DNA of 33,437 bases from Octopus bimaculoides (Eukaryota). This document shows, in pieces, positions 1 through 12,380 of this stretch (its first letter is position 1; each line of letters starts with the position of its first letter). The stretch is from contig NC_068991.1 in the NCBI RefSeq assembly GCF_001194135.2, forward strand, positions 75,845,416-75,878,852, given 5' to 3'. The notes under the pieces are model-generated. The model worked only from the letters and a program-made list of their open reading frames with translations, was not told the origin of the DNA and made no database searches. A program made the translations under genes and the position numbers.

Positions 1-307
1 GTTGTGAGTGTTTATTGAGCGAAAACACCTAAAGCCCCACGAGGCTCCAGCAGGGGATGGTGGCGAACCCTGCTGTACTCTTTCACCACAACTTTCTCTC
101 ACTCTTACTTCCTGTTTCTGTTGTACCTGTAATTCAAAGGGTCAGCCTTGTCACACTGTGTCACGCTGAATATCCCCGAGAACTACGTTAAGGGTACACG
201 TGTCTGTGGATTGCTCAGCCACTTGAACGTTAATTTCACGAGCAGGCTGTTCCGTTGATCGGATCAACTGGAACCCTCGACGTCGTAAGCGACGGAGTGC
301 CAACAAC
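1..307. repeat. Probable interspersed repeat fragment (retroposon-like), truncated by the window edge
   Basis: Sharply bounded block richer in GC/CpG than its flank, ending in CAACAAC. Resembles an abundant octopus repeat from memory; no second copy in the window to confirm. Confidence 0.4.
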
Positions 308-1719
308 CTAGTTTAGCTATTATAGTCGGATAGGATAAGTGCCAGAAATTCAGATACCGAAATCAGTTGCTAACCAAGATTGTAGCTGTGACATTACACA
401 AAGATTTAATCTTTATTCTACAATAAACCACCCACATAGTTGCTATGTACACATGTAAACTTTAATCTACGATTAGATTTAATTCGATGGTGTGTTATAG
501 TTATTTTATTTTGGTTGAAAGCATTGTATCTAAAAATTAAGTAACAACACACATCAGTTAAAACGTATGTCAATTATTAACATTTCACACTAAGGAAATC
601 TTGATACTTAAAGTCTTAAATTTCAGGCAATATAGAAACACTTGTATGCTTTTTAAAATGTAGCACTTTCAGGGATAGTGTATGAAATGTTGCGATGATT
701 ATCACGTCTTGTGTAAGAATTTATTTCATGATTCATATATAATGTTGGAAAGTGAGTTAGGATTCCGTAACTGGCTTGTTACAGTAACACCAAGCATTTG
801 AAAACAACCTTTATAAAAAGAATATTTGTTAGTTATGAATGACTTATTTGCCTTGTTGGTACTGTATATTTGAGAAACAAATGAAGTTATCTCGTTGTTA
901 TCATAACCATTAAAAAGTCGGATTTTAAGTCAATTATCAAATTAAATTCGGTTAACTGCGACTAAGATTTGACCAAGTTATTTCATTCCACTACTAACAC
1001 TCTTAGCACTAGTTTTCAGCATCTTGGATTAAATAGATGACTTATGGGATTTCATTATGTCATTGACTGAAATTCTAATGATTCTATTTCTCCAAGCTAA
1101 ATGTATAATAATTGCTGTCTGAAAGGTTACATAAAATATTCAAGTATTATTTTTCAGTGACGACTTGCAAAATGCTAATTTCTCTAGAATTAATCAAGGC
1201 AAATGCTTGTAGCTATTTTCTTTTAGGATCTGCATTAAAATTGACACTGAATGAGAAATAATATTCCAATAATTCAAATCGATTTTGAATATATTTCAAA
1301 TATAGTTCTCAAGTTAATCGTGAGCTTGATACTTAGTGATCTAGATCAATGGTTTTTAACTGCCGACATTATAGTAGGAGAAATAATTATTCACTTGTAA
1401 ATCTTCCCTGAATTAGCTCATGAGTAATTAGGCAACGCTAGTTTAAGCTACATCGTATTTGCAATCGTGGTTTGACTAAAGTTAAAGTCCTATGCAACTT
1501 CTTGCGTGGTCAAAAAAATAAAGTGGTGGTTTATGTCAAGCGTGGGGGCCTTTATCACTTTGGAAGACCGCATTTAGCTGTAACCAAATACGTCCGGGTT
1601 CAAGAAACCTTAATTAGATATTCTTCAAAATCTACATTATTTTGTAAACATAACTATTGTGTACTAATTAACCTAATAGAAATGAAAACCGTTCGTTAAA
1701 TCTCAAGTTAACTAACCTT

Positions 1720-2900
1720 GTAATGACTTTCTTGTGACTCTTTTTTGTGGGAAGATATTTGAATATTAAGCTGCAGTATAGAGGGCAGCAGTTTTAGCTG
1801 ATCCTCTGAATGGTTATCCGTCAGTTATGACCTTAAAGATGTCAGGATTTTGGCTAGGCAGGAAAATGTAGATTCGCAGTAATAAATGATTTAAAAGCAG
1901 AAAAGCATCTTTTGTACATGTCGCCGAAGGTATGCGTATTCTCTTGCAATTTTTCTTTTCCATATTTCAATCGATATATCTTAGCGTCAAATACGGACTT
2001 TAAAAGGTTATATTCTGAAAGCTCAAACAATTCCATCTGTAGTGCTTTAGGAGCCTTGGAAACACCAACCAGGTGAGGTTCAAATGCTAATTTGAATGTG
2101 ATGTCATGATTCTCAGATTTAGTGAACCTTTCATTGTATTCTCCAAATAATAAGTCTATAACAACTGCGTATTCTTCAAAGGAACTACATAAATCCTCCT
2201 GTTTATCAATGTCCTTTGCTAACTGGGGAAAATGTTCACCCGAAATTTCCTTTGAAAGCAGAAGAGATTTGAAACAATGTAGCAACTTTCGAAATGTTTG
2301 GACTTTTAGTTACAAATCATATATAAACTTACTTTTACTTTTCAAAGGAATATTCAAGTTATTTTGCTTTGACACGGAAACAGAGCGTTTCTATAGAAAC
2401 CTTCTTTCGATAATTTTGATGCTATTCTTCATATATTTAATTATCTCTTCTAGCAGAGTTAAAATCTTTGCCAACACCTGCCGCTGCGGTTGCCAGTGTA
2501 CTTTAGAATGATACGGTAAATCCATACTGAATACCACATCGTCCAACTTAAGCATTTTACGAAGCTGATAATGATATTTTGCATTTGCGCGAATGTAGTT
2601 AACAATACTTATAACTTGTTACAAAGTGCCGCTAAAAATAATAGATTTAGAACAGAGATTTTGTTGATATAAGATAGAATGAAAAGAAATGGGAGCATCT
2701 AGATTTGATAATACTTTTTATACGTGCAACAAACACTTCATATTTTCCTGTCATGGAAGGTGCACGTTCTCTTCATAGACTCACTAGATTAACCAAATTT
2801 AGTCCTGCTTCATGACATTCATCTTAAAATTTTGTGAGGATATATATTCTCGTGTTCTGCCCGTAAGAGTATCGAAAGCCAGTAACTCAAATGTTGAAAC
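1720..2900 (-). mobile_element. Decayed hAT-superfamily transposase (Buster/SPIN/Charlie-like, GTF2IRD2/EPM2AIP1-type), C-terminal portion
   Basis: Manual minus-strand translation across frameshifts and stops gives, in order: ELLAFDTLTGRTR, NLVSL*RERAPSMTGK (cf. DGAPSM), FHSILYQQNLCSK (cf. HCIIHQEALCAK), VISIVNYIRANA, DLPYHSKVHW (cf. DLPYHxxVRWLS), EHFPQLAK, LQMELFEL, YYCESTFSCL..LRS*LTDNH..ESH (dimerisation domain). Includes ORF 1854-2285. Confidence 0.92.
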
Positions 2901-4125
2901 ACAGGTGGGACACAGTATTGACTTATATGCCTTTAATATAATTGGTAATATATTATCGTTGCTACAAGCAATTAATATGTACGTACAGGTTGCTAGGAAT
3001 GTGTTTAATATGGGTATTGGTCTATCCAACTGTGTCACATCGCTAAATTTGATGCTTATTTAAGCAATGTGCTCATAGATGTTAATGGGTTAGATGTGGT
3101 GCTAAAAAAGAAGCAGAAATTCCTGAAATATGTATATACACCCATTCCTTATCTTTCTGTTTCCGATCGCATTCTTTACATAGACATATTCGTATACGAA
3201 ACGTTGTAACTTTTACCGTTGCTTGTAGTTTCTATAAAACTACAATAACTCTAAAAAGATAACTCTATAAAGTAATTGAAGAATACGATAGAAAGGTCTT
3301 ACTCAAAATGTATCGCAAGGATTTTCAAGTAAAGCAGAGTATCACTGATGTCCACTTTCAAGATGAGGAGGGCAGCTAGATGCTTTAATATTACACTGAA
3401 ATTTTAAACAGCTTTCACTACTCTTTTTTATTTTCTATGATCATAGTATTTAAGAACATGCATGAAACCATTGGTTCTACAATGTCATCTCCTTAGAAAT
3501 GCAAAAGGTTGAAGCTATTTATTTATTGCTTGGAAAAAAAGGAGTAAAGGAAAGATAAGTGTCTAGGCAATAACGAAGTGCTGTGTGCGTGATAGGATCA
3601 AGCCGTAGATACTATTTCTGTGGAATTTATAGTATTTGTGATTCTGTTGCATATTGCACTTCACAATTGATTTTATTTTGAGTTAAATATCTCCTCAGCA
3701 CATATAGACTCGATTAAGTAAAATTAACATGATAGCCACATTAACTGTGTGGATATTTACTACACAATTTATCTACCATTGATTGATTAGTAAAGTTGTG
3801 AATTTCAGAGTTAAACAAGAATAGTATTAATCATTAATATAATTGACCGCCAGCAGTTAAGAACAGAAGTTGTACCGACTACAGAAACATCTGGTTTATA
3901 TGAAGAGACCAGAATTAGAAAATAGAGACATTATTGGTAAGAAAGATGATTATTAAAACATCAACTCTTTATATAAAACTACATCAAAAATGACAACGAG
4001 ATGACGGTGACAACAACAATATAATATGATAAAAAAATAATAAGAGAGCAATATTAACTTTACTGTTAAGAACAAAATAGAAGCAACGCTTTACAAAATG
4101 GTTACACAATTCAATACAGAAAAGA

Positions 4126-4305
4126 AGGCGTTGAGCTGGTCGAAATGTTTGCCCGTCAGACAGAATGCTTTGCGGCATTTCGTCCGTCTTTATGTTCTGA
4201 GTTCAAAGTCCACCGGGGTCCTTTTTACCTTCCATCCTTTCGTGATCGATAAAATAAGTACCAGTCCAACTCCGGAGTAGATGTAATCGACTTACCTCGC
4301 CTTTG
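4126..4305 (+). mobile_element. SINE family A copy (tRNA-derived head plus Meta/Sauria-like central domain)
   Basis: AGGCG..GAGCTGG head, B-box GAGTTCAAAGTCC, core CCTTCCATCCTTTCGTGATCGATAAAATAAGTACCAG; alignable by eye to more than 10 other copies in the window. Confidence 0.85.
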
Positions 4306-5899
4306 AAGCTGAAGGTTCACGTATACAATACAGCCCTGAATATATCTAAAATTATTATAAGTTTTAGTAAATTATCAAATTTACTAATTTCATAGCATAA
4401 ATATGAAACAGGATGTTATGAACACAAAAAAAATATTTAAATAAATTTAAAGGACCAAAGAAATCTGTTTTCTACTACTATTTTTTTTTTTTCCTTAAAT
4501 ATTCTTTAATTTCAGTAACAGATGCTATCAATAAATACAGGATTTCCTTTGAATAATTTCAAGTTAAATTGTGTTCCAAGAACATCACAATAAATTGAAG
4601 GATATAAGTACATTACCACAATCAATAAAAGCGCAAAATCACTTTGAAGGCTGAACGCCTATACTGATACAATAATCTCTTCTGATAAACAGCCAATAAT
4701 TAGATGAACATCAAAAAACATTATCAACCACCAATGATAATTGCTTTGAGAACAGTTACTATTCGGTCACTCTATCAGTAATTTCAAACGTTCACAAAAT
4801 TGTATTTCAGAAACACAATTAGTTCCCCAAACCAGGTTATGATGATTGAAGGGAAAGATTTGTGCAGGGAACGTGAATAGAACGTTTCAAATTTCATTGG
4901 GCGATTAAAAGTTTTGGGAATCAAAGGAAAGTAATGTGTAAAAATTCTATAAAATTCTATAGCAAATAATTTTGAGATGGTAATATTTTCTAAGTCCCCA
5001 CTAATGAACCACTCCTATGAAGAACAGTATACCGGTCACAACTGTCCTAAATGTTTATCTAGGACTGCACTGCTGAAAGTTTCCTATCTATTTAAAACGG
5101 AAGAATGTGTGATGCCCGGGAGATTTGACATTGAGATTAACATGTTAAGACGCTTTTATATAAAATGGACTCAAATATAGGCGAGGTGAACCACCTAGGT
5201 CTAGGGTTCATATTTCCTACATTCGGATCTTATTTATATATTCAAATGTTCACAAAGGATCATTCCGTTCCTTTAAGATTTCTATGCTATAATCTTATCT
5301 TCGTGTTCCTGTTACATGGCTTTCGGCAAATACGTCAATTAAATGGCAAGCAACTTGCAAACATTGATTCATTGCTTCATTGCTTCATTTGAAATTGTTC
5401 AAACCGTGATGGAATTTAACTGCTATTTTCCAAAGCATATACAGAAAGTGTTGTTTTCTATAGCATTGATGCCTGTACAATAACGGAAATTTTAAAAGAA
5501 AAGACACCTGCATCACATCTCTCACCTTTATGATTTGCATCTTGAATTCATTTTCCAGAATAAATAATGAATGGCGATTTGCAATAGCGCAACAGTTTCT
5601 CAGTTCATAGCATTTTATGTTAAAACAAATTTACTTTGCTTGCAGAAGCTTTGAAAATACCAACTATAGCACTATCTGCTATTTTGAATCAGAAATATCA
5701 AGCTACAGAGACTTATCATGTTGCAATATATTTGCGTAAATCGACGAAACCGGATTTCCTGTATTTGCAAAAGAATTCACGCATTGAAATCACCTTATCA
5801 AGGAAACTGAAGAGAATGTCCTATGTGGGGTGAAGATGATCTACACTGCGTTTCAAATGTATAATCCGTTTGCGTTTAGGTACCTTAAAGACAGACTTA

Positions 5900-6216
5900 C
5901 ACATACATAATACATACATACATAAATACATACATTCATACATACATACATACATACATGCATACATGCATACGTACATACATATAAAATACCCTGTTGT
6001 TGATGAAATTCCAATGAAAGAGCCTTGGATCTAGGTTAGAAACCGGTTCTTTCTTGCACGTACATACATACATACATACATACATACATACACTGGAACT
6101 GTAAACATCTGTAAACATTTCCAGAAGTTTATCATTTAAATATATATGAGCATATCTATATATACAACTATATGCAGAAAAAATACATATATAAAACATA
6201 CAAATCTGCGTATACA

Positions 6217-6247
<31 letters not shown>

Positions 6248-6380
6248 CAGGAGTGCCCTGTTATTGATGTTGAAATTCCAATGAAAGAGCTTTGGATCTA
6301 GGTTAGAAACCGTTTCTTTCTCTATTGGCCAGAAATCTTGTTATAAACTGAATAATGACATACATACATACTTACATACA
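5900..6380 (+). repeat. (CATA)n arrays containing two copies of a ~65-110 bp interspersed element (5992-6054 and 6250-6360)
   Basis: Direct repeat CCCTGTT(G/A)TTGATG..AAATTCCAATGAAAGAGC(C/T)TTGGATCTAGGTTAGAAACCG; the second copy runs into a (CATA)n tail. Confidence 0.85.
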
Positions 6381-6973
6381 AATCCAAACTCACATAAATA
6401 ATGTGTTGTAATGGTTTAATGTTATATTTCCCTAGGAAGAGTATATTTCGAAGTATATCATATTGAAAGCCGCAACAACATGAAGATACGTATTTATCGC
6501 TCTCCGATCACATTTGAGGCGATTTCGGTTCACTTAGCTCTGAATTATATAATATTTTTTTTAAAAATACAGTATATTTATTTCGTCCAGAAAGACTACC
6601 GCCTCTGGATTTTCAACTACAAACATACGGTATCTGATATATGTGCGTGTGTCTGCGTATTGCATGTGTGAACCTATGTATGTATATGAATATATGCGTG
6701 TGTATATGCACGTATATATACGTGTATATATATATAGGATATATATAATATATATAATATAATATATAATATATTATACTCATTTATTGTGCTTTTAATT
6801 ATTAATTTTTCTATATTTGATAGCGGATTTTCATCGATGACTTCTTGAAACTTGGTTATTTTCTCTAAAACTATATATTTTATATATATTTTATCTATAA
6901 AGCTCAATTTAATTTTAATTTTTTATAAATTGATCTTAATTGAGTTTTTACCTGTAATTTTGGATTTTGTCCC

Positions 6974-7014
<41 letters not shown>

Positions 7015-7016
7015 AA

Positions 7017-7260
7017 GATATTTACTCTCCGATTTGAAGCGACAATACAAATAAAGGACTGAAAAATGATGAGTTAATTTCAGTCAGAATCGAACTAACA
7101 AACCGACGCTTTCATGGCTCTTTACGAATCTGATTTGCCAAACCCTCACCTATTAATTTCAGTTGATTTGTGAGTTCGATTCTGCCTGAGATTAGCTCAT
7201 CATTTTTTAGTCATTTGTACATATTTAAAAATTGTCGCTTCAAATCGGAGAATAAATATC
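7017..7260. mobile_element. Foldback / MITE-like element with 30-bp terminal and ~46-bp subterminal inverted repeats
   Basis: 7017-7046 GATATTTACTCTCCGATTTGAAGCGACAAT matches the reverse complement of 7231-7260 with 1 mismatch; 7057-7102 pairs with 7167-7212 with about 5 mismatches; TA-rich flanks; non-coding. Confidence 0.85.
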
Positions 7261-7379
7261 ATTATAATATATATTATATGCAGTTATTATGCATTTATTA
7301 CACCATGAACCTTCCAGAGTAGCGTGTGTGAATTTGTATATATGTATCTGTGTTTGTGCATGTATATACATATATATAT

Positions 7380-7420
<41 letters not shown>

Positions 7421-7634
7421 CACGATATAGTATTAAACAATAGTGTTTTTTAAGTATAATATCATAACTAATAACGTACGCATTATTGTAAATGTTCATT
7501 TTCGATGTGGTTCTTTGTCCCAAATCGATATTTTATACTGGCTTGTGATTTCTATGTCCACATTTATCATTATCATCTTTGGACCATGGAACATAAGATA
7601 TGTTAAGGACAAGCAGTATTATTATGTAACAGTA

Positions 7635-7800
7635 GGGCGGCGTGTTAATGCTTAGGGGCATTTCGTCCGTCTTTACTTTCTGAGTTGTCATTTCGTTCTT
7701 TCGGGGTCGAGAAAATTATTAGTAGTTGAGAACTGGGGTCGATGTAATTGACTTGCCTCCTCCAACTAAAATCGCTGGCTTTGTACCAACATCTGAAAGC
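7635..7800 (+). mobile_element. SINE family A copy (internally deleted), followed by a microsatellite tail
   Basis: GCATTTCGTCCGTCTTTAC..TTTCGGGGTCGAGAAAA..CTGGGGTCGATGTAATTGAC..GCTGGCTTTGTACC matches the other copies. Confidence 0.85.
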
Positions 7801-8190
<390 letters not shown>

Positions 8191-9390
8191 AAGTTATAAA
8201 TAACCTGTATGCGTTTATGTTACCTGTTACAATTAACCATGAACTCTTCCTCACAACGTACATTAACGATTTTAACGGATATAACACATTATGTCATGTC
8301 ATGGATATGCAAAGTTTAAATAAAGGTGAGGATTTACAGCTGGAATATTTAAAATCGTAGGCTCACCACTCCCGGCTGGCCAAGTTCTAAACAAAAATCG
8401 AAAATATAACACATCCATTATGTCAAACGGATCGTGCGTATATCATGTTCGTAGCCATTTTATTACTTTAGTAATTTCTCGTTTTTATTGGTTGAAATTT
8501 CTCACAGTTTACAACACTGTTCATTTGTTAGATATAACAAGATAAAATGCTAGATTTATGATGGAAAACTGGGCTGCCTACTAGTTTCAGTGAGAAGTAA
8601 ACCTTTCCGCAAATATATTTTAGTACTTTGTTTAATTGCACGCATACAGCACCATATAACAGAACATCGAAAATGAATGATTTGTGTAGTGGACTTTCGT
8701 AATAAGATTGACGATAACTGGCATCTAATCCATGGAGAAATGACAGCTCTGTTCCAATGTTCCTTAGCTAATTTAATATTTTATATCAAATAGATATTAG
8801 ACCGAACTAACAGCCGACTGTGACCATCGAAAGTTTCGATCAGCAATGAATCATCGAACAAAGAGTAAGTAGTTCAATAACATGCTGCTTACCATTATAA
8901 GTTCACCAATAACAAAAGACTCCTTTGAATTCCCAGGGAGCTGGTTTTAGGTAATACTTAATTTTATTATTGCTGTTACTGGAAGACGAGTCAATGTTAA
9001 AATATCTGATCTGTGAAATTATTTCCAACTTCACATGCTAGCACAATTTCTAGTAAATTTTATTATAGCTTCTGTCAAACCATTCACAAGATGTGTATAA
9101 TAGATCATTTCAATATAATTCACATTATTATTCAGATATCAACATTTTGATTTTATGAATTCCAATATTATTCGTTTTATCAATATGGCAAACGATAAAA
9201 ATATAAATTAACTCAGACAAGAATGAAATTAATATATAGTAATCACAATATGTATTCTCCAGTGAGAAATTATATAATGAGGACGTTAAAAAAAAAAAGG
9301 GATTAAGATAAAAAAACCTTTCATCGATGTAATCTAAATTACAACTGAATTACAACTGTAAGCGATATGTCGATTTTTTTATACTTTATA

Positions 9391-9576
9391 TATTCTTTTC
9401 TACTCTTGGCACAAGGCCCGAAATATTGGGGGAGGGGGCTAGTTGAGTAGATCGACCCCGAAACGAAACTGATACTTAATTTATCGACCCTGAAAGGATG
9501 AAAGGCAAAGTCAACCTCGATGGAATTTGAACTCACGAAATACTGCTAAACATTTCGCCCGGCGTGCTAACGTTTC
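9391..9576 (-). mobile_element. SINE family A copy, tail type 2
   Basis: Reverse complement contains GTTAGCACGCCGGGCGAAATG, GAGTTCAAATTCC, GACTTTGCCTTTCATCCTTTCAGGGTCGATAAATTAAGTATCAG, and tail GGGCCTTGTGCCAAGAGTAGAAAAGAATA. Confidence 0.9.
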
Positions 9577-9579
9577 TTA

Positions 9580-9716
9580 TATCTTTATTGCCCACAAGGG
9601 GCTACACATAAAGGGGACAAACAAGGACAAACAGAGGGATTAAATCGATCACATAGACCCTAGTGTGTAACTGGTACTTAGTTTATCGACCCCGGAAGGG
9701 TAAAGTCGAGTCTCGT
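9580..9716 (-). mobile_element. SINE family A 3' half, tail type 3
   Basis: Core GGGGTCGATAAACTAAGTACCAG followed by a different tail, TGTTTGTCCTTGTTTGTCCCCTTTATGTGTAGCCCCTTGTGGGCAATAAAGA. Confidence 0.8.
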
Positions 9717-9889
9717 AAGATGATTTAAAAACTTAATTCGAAACTTTTAAACTGCCATATTTATTATTATATATTCATACTTATACATATTTACATATAT
9801 TTTTTATTTTTAATAAACCAATTATTCTACACACGTATATATCTTTCTGAAGAATTTTCTAATACTGATTTCCTGATATCAATAACAAT

Positions 9890-9893
9890 ATAT

Positions 9894-9991
<98 letters not shown>

Positions 9992-10031
9992 AGGATAGAT
10001 AGATAGATAGATAGATACATACATACATACA

Positions 10032-10065
<34 letters not shown>
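9890..10065. repeat. Compound microsatellite (AT)n(AG)n(AGAT)n(ACAT)n
   Basis: Read directly. Confidence 0.97.
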
Positions 10066-10362
10066 GATAAAGCATAAGAAAGTAGATACATGAACAAGTA
10101 AACGATAGAAAAATTTCAGCACGGATCCTAAGACTTTCTCCATTTACTCTGTGTCCAAGAAGGGGAATTGAAAAGCCAGATAAAAAGATAAATAAAAGAT
10201 ATCGCTTTGCAACAGCTTTTCATATCGCATATCCAGTATCATTATGCATTTCGATATCTAGATCTATCCATGTGTGTATCAATTTATCTCTCACCATATA
10301 TATACACATATACTTACCGACATACATTCATATATATATGCATGTATTATTATGTGTGTATG

Positions 10363-10439
<77 letters not shown>

Positions 10440-10445
10440 ATATAT

Positions 10446-10661
10446 NNNNNNNNNNNNNNNNNNNNNNNNNNNNNNNNNNNNNNNNNNNNNNNNNNNNNNN
10501 NNNNNNNNNNNNNNNNNNNNNNNNNNNNNNNNNNNNNNNNNNNNNNNNNNNNNNNNNNNNNNNNNNNNNNNNNNNNNNNNNNNNNNNNNNNNNNNNNNNN
10601 NNNNNNNNNNNNNNNNNNNNNNNNNNNNNNNNNNNNNNNNNNNNNNNNNNNNNNNNNNNNN
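10446..10661. other. Assembly gap (N run) next to a (TA)/(TATG) microsatellite
   Basis: N run. The other gaps are at 12860-13088, 17190-17416, 19960-20265, 21500-21682, 22961-23210, 25647-26221, 28996-29322 and 30938-31769. Confidence 0.99.
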
Positions 10662-11269
10662 TGTATACAATTAAAAGGGTAAAGGTTTATCAATTTATTA
10701 ATTTATTAATTTATTTATTTTTTATTAATTTATTCATTAAAAGGGTAAATGATGTTCACTCTGTCATGCATGCACAATTTGCTAGCACCGTCGAATTTAC
10801 AACTAGAATATCATACCGAAGAGGAAATGGAGTGTTATCGCTCCTAAGCCAGAAACGCGTCTATGATTAACTTCGATTGGTTAGTTTTCATTGTTTTTTT
10901 CTTCTTGTTTTGCCTTTGTGAGTTACAAGTAATGCTATCTGTTGGAGTCTCAGCTTTTTAGCTGCTATTTCTGAACTTCGGTATGTGGTGAAGCAACTGC
11001 TGATCCCTTAATTATGTTTATAAATATATATGTATATATAAAGATGAATAAAGTCGGCTTATGTTGTTATCCTAGGTTTCACGGCCCTAAAGCGCTTAGC
11101 TTTATAGCATATCATTATATCCCAAAACCTGCCGGCACGTGCTCTCTGTAGCAAGTGGCGTCTCTAGAAAATGGAAAAGGAAAATATTTCGTTACTCTCT
11201 TTTACGCTATGTCTTCAACATGGGATCGTCTCTCTCTCTGGCTGTTTTTCGTAACCGACTCTGTTATTG

Positions 11270-11480
11270 TTTTCGCCCCAGAGTAGCAGCAGGAAATTGC
11301 TGAGGTGCAAACAGGGTCCGAAGACTTCCATCCTGGAGTAGCGGATGTCCCCGAGTGGGGCGAGCCCTTTAATATCCTCCTCCCGCTCGGCGATACATAG
11401 TTTACAAAGCTTGGTCCTGGTTATGTAGGGGCCTAGCGTTTCTAGGATGCTCTAAGGTATTACGTGTGGAATCCTGAACG
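11270..11480 (-). mobile_element. Penelope-like element fragment, GIY-YIG endonuclease C-terminus
   Basis: Minus-strand translation IP*SILETLGPYITRTKLCKLCIAEREEDI..SRMEVFGPCLHLSNFLLL matches the PLE pattern W-x-IL..PY..KxCxLCxxEK..RxE..CxH..LL. Confidence 0.8.
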
Positions 11481-11501
11481 GTATCCTGAAATAGAATACA
11501 C

Positions 11502-11505
<4 letters not shown>

Positions 11506-11583
<78 letters not shown>
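11506..11583. repeat. (CA)n followed by (AAT)n microsatellites
   Basis: Read directly. Confidence 0.95.
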
Positions 11584-11629
11584 TGACAACAAAAGAATGA
11601 ATGAGTCCTCGATATTATGTAAATAGAGG

Positions 11630-11915
11630 AATGTCAGTGGTCGCTCCAGCATCTCTCTGGCCCAATATTTTCTCCGCTTGATGTTGGCTGGTCGAAGAAG
11701 TGGCTTCCTTCTTGCTGCTCTGCCATAGAAACGAAGTTTATGGAGATACTTGACACAAATTCTGGGACTGATATCAAATTGTTCTGCTATGTCAGAGGCC
11801 TTGCAAAGAGGGATACCATCCACGCAAAGAGAAAGGTCCTGTCAGAGGGTCCTGGTTGATCTAGGTGAGGTGATGGTGACCCCTCCTCCTACCACGGTCA
11901 TGTGATGGTCATTGC
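11630..11915 (-). mobile_element. Tc1-like transposase N-terminal (HTH / Tc3_2) remnant
   Basis: ORF 11539-11823 contains LHKLRFYGRAARRKPLLRPANIKRRKYWA (cf. GRxAxKKPLL..NxKxRLxWA); an RGRRR..TSPR motif lies upstream across a frameshift. The catalytic DDE region is absent. Confidence 0.88.
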
Positions 11916-12029
11916 AATACCCCAACCACAACGATACAGGTCCTCAAATTATACATACATACATACATACGTGTACAGAGATGGACACACAAGCATACAC
12001 GCACACACAGATATGTTGTCAACCTATGT

Positions 12030-12185
12030 TGTCGTGATTACGTCCACGCGACGTGGCGGTTCGGCAAAATAAACTGATAGAATAAGTACTAGGCTTACAA
12101 AGAATAAGTCCTGGAGTCGATTTGTTCGCTTACAGGCGGTATTCCAGCATGGCCGCAGTCAAATGACTGAGGTAAGTAAAAGAGT
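12030..12185 (+). mobile_element. SINE family B, 3' half
   Basis: GCGGTTCGGCAAAA..GATAGAATAAGTACTAGGCTTACAAAGAATAAGTCCTGGAGTCGATTTGTTCG..CCAGCATGGCCGCAGTCAAATGACTGA; homologous to 26990-27110. Confidence 0.9.
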
Positions 12186-12380
12186 TGTGTCCAGACACGA
12201 AGCGATAGTGACCTTAGCCATGCTCACGGTCTCTCTTCACCATATTCAATTCACAAACGATATATGCAATTTTACAATTATCTGTCGCTATTAATTATTT
12301 ACAAACAATTAGGCTGTATGGCCATTTAAGTGAGCTAATAGGCAAAATATGAAGCGTTGTTACAATGAAGTACGCAGAAC

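Noticed and set aside
1348-3865. Possible hAT TIR pair (CAATGGTTTTTAACTGC near 1348 and GCAGTTAAGAAC near 3853)
   Set aside because: Only about 11 of 12 bp match, the termini disagree and no 8-bp TSD is evident.
5400-5880. IDETG motif (pogo/Tigger-like) and good-looking plus-strand acceptors at 5558 and 5644
   Set aside because: No second transposase motif was found, frames are interrupted by stops and donors are weak.
8525-8775. About 80-codon stop-free frame on the minus strand (AKEHWNRAV..)
   Set aside because: No recognisable motif and weak splice signals. It illustrates that ORFs of this length arise by chance here.
11060-11270. Hammerhead ribozyme expected downstream of the Penelope fragment
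   Set aside because: No CUGANGA..GAAA core with paired stems on either strand; only a degenerate ..GTGAAAC.
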